Source: an uncultured Erysipelotrichaceae bacterium
GTDB taxonomy: Bacteria; Bacillota_I; Bacilli_A; Erysipelotrichales; Erysipelotrichaceae
NCBI GenBank assembly: GCA_942492995.1
Contig: OW818653.1
Span: forward strand, 1,620,001-1,652,000
Length of the DNA stretch: 32,000 nucleotides
Direction of reading: 5' to 3'
In this document: piece by piece, positions 24,439-32,000 of the stretch
How the letters are laid out: each line of letters starts with the position of its first letter
How positions within the stretch are numbered: the first letter of the stretch is position 1
The notes under the pieces: generated by a model
Databases searched by the model: none
Told to the model about the DNA's origin: nothing
What the model saw: the letters and a program-made list of their open reading frames with translations, nothing else
Translations under genes and position numbers: made by a program

Positions 24439-25107
24439 TCATAATGAGAGACTTTCTTTCTTAATATACGGGAAATTCAAGATAAACTGCGAACCTTCAT
24501 TCATTTGACTTGTCACATGGATCTGTCCTTTGTGCATCGACACAATGGATTGAACCATAGCCAAGCCTAATCCAATGCCTTCTTTATTGGTCTTTTCACA
24601 ACGATAATATGGCTCAAAGATTTTATCAATCTTTTCATTTGGAATGCCAATTCCATTATCGAGTATTTTAATTGAGTAATTCTTTTGGCTTGATGAACAA
24701 TGCATTTCAACACTTCCACCTGTCTGATTATATTTTATGGCATTTTCGACTAAATTGTATAAACAACGATACATAAGAATAGGATTGCCATAGGATTCAG
24801 GATGTCCATCGATACGATAACTTAGCTTAATCTCTTTACGTTGTGCAATCACATTTAAGTCTTCGATTACGTCTATGATGATTTCTTCGATATTCAAGAC
24901 TTCGGTTAAACATGATTTCTCAGGATTTGACTCTAGTAAAGTATCCAATAATTCACTCATTTTATTAACGGTGCGATTGATCACATTAAGTGTAGCTTGA
25001 TATTCTTCTACAGAAACCGTTGATTGTTGGTTAAGCACATCAATTTGAGCTTTGATGATTGTAAGGGGTGTTTTAAGTTCATGGGCAACACTCGATGATT
25101 TATTCAT
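24439..25107 (-). CDS. Histidine kinase core only (DHp plus HATPase_c); no TM, HAMP or sensor region
   Basis: H box VAHELKTPL, N box LVENAIKYN, G1 DNGIGI, F FEPYYR, G2 GIGLGL. I prefer the ATG at 25107 (222 aa), with GGAGAA 7 nt upstream, which overlaps the GntR gene by 8 nt. The phosphoacceptor His is then about residue 9. Confidence 0.75.
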   Translation of the reverse strand: MNKSSSVAHELKTPLTIIKAQIDVLNQQSTVSVEEYQATLNVINRTVNKMSELLDTLLESNPEKSCLTEVLNIEEIIIDVIEDLNVIAQRKEIKLSYRIDGHPESYGNPILMYRCLYNLVENAIKYNQTGGSVEMHCSSSQKNYSIKILDNGIGIPNEKIDKIFEPYYRCEKTNKEGIGLGLAMVQSIVSMHKGQIHVTSQMNEGSQFILNFPYIKKESLSL

Positions 25108-25474
25108 GAGGTTTCTCCGTACTAAAAACTTTATCAATGAGTTCAAGAATTCTATCTTTCTTTATCCCTAACTGATTTAATATACCCAAGTCTTTCTCAA
25201 CTTCCTCTAATTTAATTAGTACTAAATTAGAATCACCTTCACGTTTCTTAACGAAAGATCCTTTACCTTGAAGTGAATAGATATACCCGTTATTCTCTAA
25301 CTCGGCATAGGCTTTCACAACGGTATTGGGATTAATGCCCAAATCATTGGCTAGATTACGCACGCCAGGCAACTGTTGGTCTGGTTGAAAAGCACCACAC
25401 GCGATCTGTGCAAGCACTTGTTCAATGATTTGTTGATAAATCGGTGTACGACTTAATGAACTTAGACTTATCAT
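25100..25474 (-). CDS. GntR-family transcriptional regulator, short YtrA-like subfamily
   Basis: 124 aa. PIYQQIIEQVLAQIACGAFQPDQQLPGVRNLANDLGINPNTVVKAYAELENNGYIYSLQGKGSFV is the GntR winged HTH. The short ~50-aa C-terminus is typical of YtrA-type proteins. SD AAGGAG upstream. Confidence 0.9.
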   Translation of the reverse strand: MISLSSLSRTPIYQQIIEQVLAQIACGAFQPDQQLPGVRNLANDLGINPNTVVKAYAELENNGYIYSLQGKGSFVKKREGDSNLVLIKLEEVEKDLGILNQLGIKKDRILELIDKVFSTEKPHE

Positions 25475-25484
25475 ATTGTCTCCT

Positions 25485-25516
25485 TAATGTACTACTGTAC
25501 TATTATAGTAGTACAT
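25485..25516. promoter_or_regulatory. 32-bp near-perfect palindrome (candidate YtrA-type operator) upstream of the GntR operon
   Basis: AATGTACTACT-GTACTATTAT-AGTAGTACATT has perfect 11-bp arms. On the coding (minus) strand, TATAAT (25506-25501) sits at the centre. The palindrome begins 1 nt past the SD. Confidence 0.6.
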
Positions 25517-25634
25517 TCGAAGTGACTATGCAAGGAAATTACACTTTAACTATAAAATGAGTGAGATTAAGTTAGGATTAAGTTTATAAAACGAGTATAA
25601 ATGTTTATAGATATTATTGATTAAACAATTTAAA

Positions 25635-25656
25635 TACATCAAATATGATGTATAAT
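25635..25656 (+). promoter_or_regulatory. Palindrome overlapping the -10 of the XRE gene (candidate autoregulatory operator)
   Basis: TACATCA-AATA-TGATGTA (25635-25652) overlaps TATAAT (25651-25656), about 24 nt upstream of the XRE start. Confidence 0.5.
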
Positions 25657-25679
25657 TTAGTTAAATAAGAAGGTACATT

Positions 25680-25964
25680 ATGCCATTTAAAAAAGTTGAA
25701 ATAAAACCATTATTGGAAAATGAAATGAATAATTTAGATTTTAAATCTAATTTCAATCAAATCAAAAAAGAATATGAGTTGATTGAGCAAATCGTTATGA
25801 TGAGAAAAAAACTAAATATCACCCAAGCTGAACTAGCTATAAAAGTTAAAGTCTCTCAACAAGCCATTTCAAGACTTGAGAATGAAAAGCATATACCTAA
25901 TATGAATACATTAATGAGAATTGTGGATGGTTTAGGTTTAAATTTAATATTAGTTGAGAGGTAA
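25680..25964 (+). CDS. XRE-family HTH protein with a ~40-aa N-terminal extension (antitoxin-like architecture)
   Basis: 94 aa. The C-terminal LNITQAELAIKVKVSQQAISRLENEKHIPNMNTLMRIVDGLGLNL is a Cro/C1 HTH. SD AAGAAGG upstream. No partner ORF lies on either side. Confidence 0.8.
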   Translation: MPFKKVEIKPLLENEMNNLDFKSNFNQIKKEYELIEQIVMMRKKLNITQAELAIKVKVSQQAISRLENEKHIPNMNTLMRIVDGLGLNLILVER

Positions 25965-26164
25965 TTTATATTAGTATAGAAAATGTGCTAAAATCACAGG
26001 TTTTTTAAAGAAGAAGCGTTGATTAGATTAAAATGAATCTTTAAGCATGGATGTGATTAAGATAAATAGTTAAATAAGCTGATTGATTGATAATGATTTG
26101 ATGTGATGCTAAGATGAAATTAAATTAATCACTTGTATATCCCTGATGATAATTTGGAGGGCGT

Positions 26165-26503
26165 ATGGAGAAATTTGTTGTATTATATTTTTGTTCTATG
26201 GAAGATCAAATGGCAGTAAGCCAACAACCTCAAGAAGAACGAGAAAAAGGTATGGCTCTTTGGTTTGAATGGCAAAAAGAATTAGGAGATAAATTAGTTG
26301 ATTTTGGGGCACCATTATTTGGTAGTGCTCGAATCAATAAGAATGGTTCATTTACTGAGAGTGCTTTAGAACTTACAGGCTATTCAATTATTCAAGCTGA
26401 GGATTTAGATGAAGCGAAAGAATTAGTGAAGAATCATCCACATTTTACGTATGGGGATAGTTGTGCAGTTGAAGTCCATGAAATAATGGATATGGGAATG
26501 TAA
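26165..26503 (+). CDS. Small soluble protein, probably YciI-like (dimeric alpha/beta barrel) family
   Basis: 112 aa. The pattern FVVLY...W..W...LGDKLVDFGAPL...GYSIIQAEDLDEAKELVKNHPHF...VEVHEIM resembles YCII-related domains. SD GGAGGG upstream. The family call is tentative. Confidence 0.5.
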   Translation: MEKFVVLYFCSMEDQMAVSQQPQEEREKGMALWFEWQKELGDKLVDFGAPLFGSARINKNGSFTESALELTGYSIIQAEDLDEAKELVKNHPHFTYGDSCAVEVHEIMDMGM

Positions 26504-26528
26504 TTCTTACGTAATTGATACATTTAGA

Positions 26529-26566
26529 AGGAACAATTAGCTAATATCCGCTTTTGTTCCTTTTTA
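26529..26566 (+). terminator. Probable terminator after the YciI-like gene
   Basis: AGGAACAA ... TTGTTCCT is an 8-bp stem with a 17-nt loop, followed by TTTT. Confidence 0.55.
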
Positions 26567-26635
26567 ATAAATTACTAATCAATGAGAATTATGGATAGAA
26601 TAGGTTTAAAATTAGTGTTAATAGAGAGGTAATCT

Positions 26636-27436
26636 ATGACAATCGAGAAAAAGTATCAAGCAATTGCACCAGAAACACAATATTTTAAAGAAGAAGCGTT
26701 TACGTCAATTAATCATACCGAAATACGGTGGTTAGGAAATTCGAGTCATCTTATTAATTCACATGGAACATGTATTATGATTGATCCATTACTAAAAGGT
26801 TTTGATATGAAGCTCTTGAGAGAAGCACCAATTCAACCTGAAGATGTTCCTCATTTAGATGCGGTATTAATAACACATGATGATAATGATCATTTAAGTC
26901 GACCAACAATTGAAGTCTTAAAATCAGTCACAACTGAATTTCATGCGCCACATTTTGTGTCTAGTTTACTTGAAGAAGAATATCCATCATTTGGACATGG
27001 GATATGGGAAACATTCAAGATTAAAAATATACAGGTAAAACTAACGCCTGCAGATCATGCATGGAAAAACGAAAACCCTAAATACAAACGTAAATATGCT
27101 TTTGAAGATTATTGTGGGTATTGGTTAGATACACCAGATGGTAGTATTTGGGCAATTGGAGATTCTCGATTACTCCCTGAACAATTAACAATGCCGCATC
27201 CAGATGTCATCTTCTTTGATTTCTCTGATAGTTCTTGGCATATTGGTTTCGATAATGCGGTTAAGTTAGCGAATACCTATCCGAACAGCGAATTATTACT
27301 GTGTCACTGGGGAACGGTTGATGCGCCAGATATGACACCGTTTAATGGGGATCCAAAGAATCTTATGGATAAAGTTGTAAATCCAGAACGTATTAGAATA
27401 CTTGCGCCTGGAGAAATATATCGATTGAATCGTTAA
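26636..27436 (+). CDS. MBL-fold metallo-hydrolase
   Basis: 266 aa. The metallo-beta-lactamase motif region is LDAVLITHDDNDHLS, a variant of HxHxDH. The later ADHAW, GDS and CHWG segments are plausible additional ligands. SD AGAGAGG upstream. Confidence 0.75.
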   Translation: MTIEKKYQAIAPETQYFKEEAFTSINHTEIRWLGNSSHLINSHGTCIMIDPLLKGFDMKLLREAPIQPEDVPHLDAVLITHDDNDHLSRPTIEVLKSVTTEFHAPHFVSSLLEEEYPSFGHGIWETFKIKNIQVKLTPADHAWKNENPKYKRKYAFEDYCGYWLDTPDGSIWAIGDSRLLPEQLTMPHPDVIFFDFSDSSWHIGFDNAVKLANTYPNSELLLCHWGTVDAPDMTPFNGDPKNLMDKVVNPERIRILAPGEIYRLNR

Positions 27437-27442
27437 ATAGTT

Positions 27443-27471
27443 AAACTCTAAGACATAACTTAGAGTTTTTA
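27443..27471 (+). terminator. Intrinsic terminator after the MBL gene
   Basis: AAACTCTAAG-acataa-CTTAGAGTTT is a 10-bp stem followed by a T-run. Confidence 0.85.
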
Positions 27472-27480
27472 TTAATCCAA

Positions 27481-27501
27481 TAAAAAAGCGCCGAAGCGCT
27501 T
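27481..27501 (-). terminator. Intrinsic terminator after the VIT1-family gene (minus strand)
   Basis: AAGCGC-cgaa-GCGCTT hairpin overlapping the stop codon. A T-run follows on the minus strand (A6 at 27482-27487). Confidence 0.75.
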
Positions 27502-28372
27502 ATACATCAATTCCTAATACTTGTTTAACAATAACCCCAATCACGAATGCGATAGCCGCAACAGAGATAGAGATTGTGGCCATTTCCAAGAAACGTTTTC
27601 TAAACGGTAAATCTTGGGCAACCGATACATAATAGGTAAAGACTAAGATAATCAATAATACGATCACTAACATTGTCGCAAGTGCCCATAAGTAGTGTTG
27701 AGAATCAAACAAGAGATACGGTAAGACAAGTAATACAACTGCCGCAATGTACATAATACCTGTATAAGATGCGGCTTTAAATGGATGTTCAGCGCCTTCA
27801 CTACGTGAGGATAGATATTCACTACTCATCATGGAGAGCGTTGCGGATATCCCAGTAATTAATCCAGATAAGGCAATTAGTTTAGTGTTTTGTAGAGCTA
27901 AACTCAATCCAGCCAATGTACCAGTTAATTCAACTAAGGCATCATTTAAACCTAGAACCATCGAACCAACGTATTGAAGACGTTCTTCATCTAACATTGC
28001 GATGAGTTCTTTTTCATGTGCTTCTTCTTCAGCGGATATGTGTTTCGCCTCAGGAAGATCAACACTGTAATCTTCATACAATTGATTAGCCTTATCTTCT
28101 AATTTTTCCATAATCTTTAAGGTAAACGTAAACCCAAAGACTAAATTAGAAAGAGAATAGATAAAAAGTTGAACACGATTTGGTTTAACATCTACATTCG
28201 TATAGGACTTCCAGATGTGGTAATGTTTCATCTCTTCACCAGCCATCTTTAAGATAAGAGCTTTATTATGCGAATCTTTCACTTTTTTTGCGATCATTTG
28301 GTAGGCATGATAGCCTGTAATCTCTGCTTTTTGCATAGACTTTACGACATTTAATAATTTTTCACTTAACAT
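27500..28372 (-). CDS. Ferritin-like (CCC1_N) domain fused to a VIT1/CCC1 iron/manganese transporter domain
   Basis: 290 aa. The N-terminal four-helix region has ExxH pairs (GEEMKHY, EEEAHEK). The membrane domain follows with the VIT1 motif LGLNDALVELTGTLAG and C-terminal TM helices. Confidence 0.8.
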   Translation of the reverse strand: MLSEKLLNVVKSMQKAEITGYHAYQMIAKKVKDSHNKALILKMAGEEMKHYHIWKSYTNVDVKPNRVQLFIYSLSNLVFGFTFTLKIMEKLEDKANQLYEDYSVDLPEAKHISAEEEAHEKELIAMLDEERLQYVGSMVLGLNDALVELTGTLAGLSLALQNTKLIALSGLITGISATLSMMSSEYLSSRSEGAEHPFKAASYTGIMYIAAVVLLVLPYLLFDSQHYLWALATMLVIVLLIILVFTYYVSVAQDLPFRKRFLEMATISISVAAIAFVIGVIVKQVLGIDV

Positions 28373-28473
28373 TTGATTAACCTCTTTAACTAGTTTAACA
28401 CTTTATCAAAAGAGTGTCATATGCGATGAACTCTTGACGTTTATGATATTATAATAAGGCAAAAGGTGAACAT

Positions 28474-30345
28474 ATGCATATCGTTGTAATTGGAGCAGGA
28501 CACGCTGGCGTCGAAGCCGCACTATCAAGCGCAAGAATGGGCGTAAAGACCAGTCTTTTAACCATGGATGCGTCGCGAATTGCGATAATGCCATGTAATC
28601 CATCGGTTGGTGGACCTGCAAAAGGAATTGTTGTACGTGAAATTGACGCATTAGGTGGTCAAATGGGAATTACTGCGGATAAAACTGCGTTACAGTTTAA
28701 ACTCTTAAACTCAACCAAAGGACCAGGTGTTCAATGTTTACGTGTACAATCCGATAAAATCGAATATTCAAAAATGATGCACGATATCGTACATCATACA
28801 AATAACTTAGACGTTGTGGAAGATTTAGTCGAAGGAATTGTGGTTGAGAATGGTGTTGTGAAGGGAATTCAATGTGAGAAACGTGGATTTATGGCGGCTG
28901 ATGCGGTTATATTGACCAGCGGAACATACATGAGTTCGAAGATTTTGGTTGGATCTACCGCTACAGTAAGTGGACCAGATGATCAACGTACAACGAATAA
29001 GCTATCTGAATCACTACGTGAATTAGGCTTAAGAACATTTAGATTAAAGACAGGAACACCTCCTCGTATTAAGACAAACTCGATTGATTTTAGTCATGGA
29101 TTAATTCAACCAGGGGATGAAAAGTTTATTCACTTCTCATTGGATATGAAAGTTGAAGAGTATCCGAAAGAACAAGTACCGTGTTACTTGATTTATACAC
29201 AACCTGAAACACATGAAGTTATTAAACTTAACTTAAATAAATCCGCTATGTATTCTGGTTTAGTTGAAGGGGTAGGACCACGTTATTGTCCATCCATTGA
29301 AGATAAATTAGTACGTTTCAGTGATAAAGAGCGTCACCAAATCTTCTTAGAACCTGAATCGAGACATTTAGACACAACCTATATCCAAGGTTTTTCGACT
29401 TCCATGCCACATGATATTCAGGATAAAATGATTCGTTCATTACCTGGATTTGAAAACTGTGTCATTGATAAATACGCATATGCGATAGAATACGATGCGA
29501 TTGATCCGACTCAACTCTATCCAAACTTAGAAGTGAAAACGATATCTGGTTTATTTAGTGCAGGTCAAATTAATGGGACAAGTGGTTATGAAGAAGCGGC
29601 AGGTCAAGGCTTATTGGCTGGAATCAACGCAGTCCTTAAACTACAAGGCAAAGATGCACTTATCTTGAAACGTGATGAAGCATACATTGGGGTTATGATT
29701 GATGATTTAGTCACAAAAGGTGTTGTGGAACCGTATCGTTTACTTACATCACGAGCTGAACATCGTCTTTTATTGCGTCATGATAATGCGGAAATGCGTT
29801 TGAGCGAATATGGACATCAGGTAGGGTTATTAAGTGAAGAGCGGTATGCGAACGTATTACAAATGAAAGCTGATTTAAATCAGTTAATCGAAGAATTAAA
29901 AGTTAAACGTTTTACTAAGAAAGATGGTATTCATCCGTTCTTAATCGAAAAAGAATATCCTATCTTCAATGAAGGAATTACGGCGTATGAAGTACTAAAA
30001 CGTCCGAGAATTACTATTGATGAACTTAAACCTTATATTGAAATCGAACACTATTCTGTCGATGTTTTAAACATGGCAGAAATTGAAATAAAGTATGAAG
30101 GTTATATCCAAAAAGCAATTCGTGAAGTTGAACGTCTACATAGTTTAGATAATGTGAAGATACCAACTGACTTGGACTACAATGATATTCCTCACCTTTC
30201 GATTGAAGGTAAACAACGTATGACTAAGATTAAACCTTTGACTTTAGGACAAGCATCGCGTATTTCTGGGGTAAATCCTGCAGATATGGTCGTCTTAAAG
30301 ACGCATCTCAATAAAGGTAAAAAGACGGACAGTCACACTTCTTAA
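28474..30345 (+). CDS. mnmG: tRNA uridine-5-carboxymethylaminomethyl modification enzyme MnmG (GidA)
   Basis: 623 aa. FAD motif VIGAGHAGVEAA, plus GPRYCPSIEDK and AGQINGTSGYEEAA. Confidence 0.96.
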   Translation: MHIVVIGAGHAGVEAALSSARMGVKTSLLTMDASRIAIMPCNPSVGGPAKGIVVREIDALGGQMGITADKTALQFKLLNSTKGPGVQCLRVQSDKIEYSKMMHDIVHHTNNLDVVEDLVEGIVVENGVVKGIQCEKRGFMAADAVILTSGTYMSSKILVGSTATVSGPDDQRTTNKLSESLRELGLRTFRLKTGTPPRIKTNSIDFSHGLIQPGDEKFIHFSLDMKVEEYPKEQVPCYLIYTQPETHEVIKLNLNKSAMYSGLVEGVGPRYCPSIEDKLVRFSDKERHQIFLEPESRHLDTTYIQGFSTSMPHDIQDKMIRSLPGFENCVIDKYAYAIEYDAIDPTQLYPNLEVKTISGLFSAGQINGTSGYEEAAGQGLLAGINAVLKLQGKDALILKRDEAYIGVMIDDLVTKGVVEPYRLLTSRAEHRLLLRHDNAEMRLSEYGHQVGLLSEERYANVLQMKADLNQLIEELKVKRFTKKDGIHPFLIEKEYPIFNEGITAYEVLKRPRITIDELKPYIEIEHYSVDVLNMAEIEIKYEGYIQKAIREVERLHSLDNVKIPTDLDYNDIPHLSIEGKQRMTKIKPLTLGQASRISGVNPADMVVLKTHLNKGKKTDSHTS

Positions 30346-30373
30346 TAGAAGTATAATTTGTTATAATACAACC

Positions 30374-31081
30374 ATGGAAAATGGATTAACCCAAGAAAAT
30401 TTTTATCACTTTTTACTGTCTTTGTATCCAAATCGGGCAAAACAGTTAAGTGAAGCTTTTGAAATCTACTTAAATCTTCTAATAGAAGTTAATAAAGTAA
30501 TGAATTTAACAGCGATTGATCAAGAAGAAGCGGTGCGTGAGAAACATTTCATGGACTGTTTATTGATTGAGCCTTTATTACCGCTGAATGTGAATGTTGC
30601 GGATGTAGGGAGTGGAGCTGGATTTCCAGGTTTATGTCTTGCCATCGTACGTGATGATTGTCAATTTGATTTAATTGAACCGACAGGGAAACGTTGTCAG
30701 TTCTTGAATAATGTCGTACAAACATTAAATTTAAAGAATGTAAAAGTAATTAATCGTCGAGCAGAAGAATGTTTAGATCTAAAAGAGATGTATGATGTAT
30801 GCACATCAAGAGCGGTAGCGAAGTTAAGTGTTCTAATGGAAATATCGGTACCACTACTAAAAGTTAACGGTAAAATGATTGCGATGAAGGGCTTAAATGC
30901 ACAAGAAGAAGTCGATGACGCAAAGAATGCGATAAAATTACTTAAAATGAGTGATACAATCTATCATGCACATACTTTACCTACAGCTGGTCAACGTATG
31001 AATTTAGAATGGACTAAATTGGATAAAACGCCAAGTCAATATCCTCGTGCTTATGCACAAATTAAAAAGAAAGCACTTTAA
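30374..31081 (+). CDS. rsmG: 16S rRNA (guanine527-N7)-methyltransferase RsmG (GidB)
   Basis: 235 aa. SAM motif DVGSGAGFPGL. Position after mnmG. Confidence 0.93.
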   Translation: MENGLTQENFYHFLLSLYPNRAKQLSEAFEIYLNLLIEVNKVMNLTAIDQEEAVREKHFMDCLLIEPLLPLNVNVADVGSGAGFPGLCLAIVRDDCQFDLIEPTGKRCQFLNNVVQTLNLKNVKVINRRAEECLDLKEMYDVCTSRAVAKLSVLMEISVPLLKVNGKMIAMKGLNAQEEVDDAKNAIKLLKMSDTIYHAHTLPTAGQRMNLEWTKLDKTPSQYPRAYAQIKKKAL

Positions 31082-31082
31082 T

Positions 31083-32000
<918 letters not shown>

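Noticed and set aside
28441-28460. Fur/PerR-type box upstream of the VIT1-family and mnmG genes (TTATGATATTATAATAAG).
   Set aside because: Only one half resembles TGATAAT, and the other arm does not match ATTATCA. AT-rich sequence explains the resemblance.
28406-28651. Track ORF 28406-28651(-), 81 aa.
   Set aside because: It is antisense to the mnmG 5' end and its promoter region, and it has no RBS.

Overview
AT-rich Firmicutes-type chromosomal segment that reads cleanly with the standard bacterial code. I support 33 protein genes (two cut by the window edges), one T-box leader, and several promoters, operators and intrinsic terminators. I saw no rRNA, tRNA, CRISPR array, transposase or integrase.

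Four housekeeping blocks, all on the + strand except nudF:
- mfd (5' truncated)-rqcP-divIC-gpmI
- nudF (minus strand), then tmk-holB-ricT-rsmI
- T-box leader, metG, and an HhH-GPD glycosylase
- mnmG-rsmG-noc-soj (3' truncated)

Two accessory intervals separate these blocks.

Interval 1 (9.3-18.7 kb, between rsmI and metG):
- A BlaI/BlaR1-type repressor and sensor-protease pair. It has two TACA-N2-TGTA operators, and its extracellular domain does not look like a penicillin-binding domain.
- A sulfatase module: cytoplasmic Cys-type sulfatase, PTS EIIC (Lac/Cel family), RpiR and a radical-SAM sulfatase maturase.
- A split chromate-transporter (CHR) pair.

Interval 2 (21.3-28.4 kb):
- A tightly coupled four-gene operon, which is my best candidate for something undescribed. 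It encodes a YtrA-type GntR repressor, a histidine kinase with no sensor, transmembrane or HAMP region and no partner response regulator in the window, an ABC ATPase, and a ~10-TM permease with a ~390-aa C-terminal ectodomain.
- A solitary antitoxin-like XRE regulator, a YciI-like protein, an MBL-fold hydrolase with a variant metal motif, and a ferritin-like/VIT1 iron transporter.

Smaller signals: a G8 tract forming the ribosome-binding site of a zinc-ribbon membrane protein, two likely leaderless transcripts, long palindromic operators, and a TGAT-rich 200-nt leader.

All motif coordinates were counted by hand. Family assignments rest on motifs visible in the translations, not on database searches.
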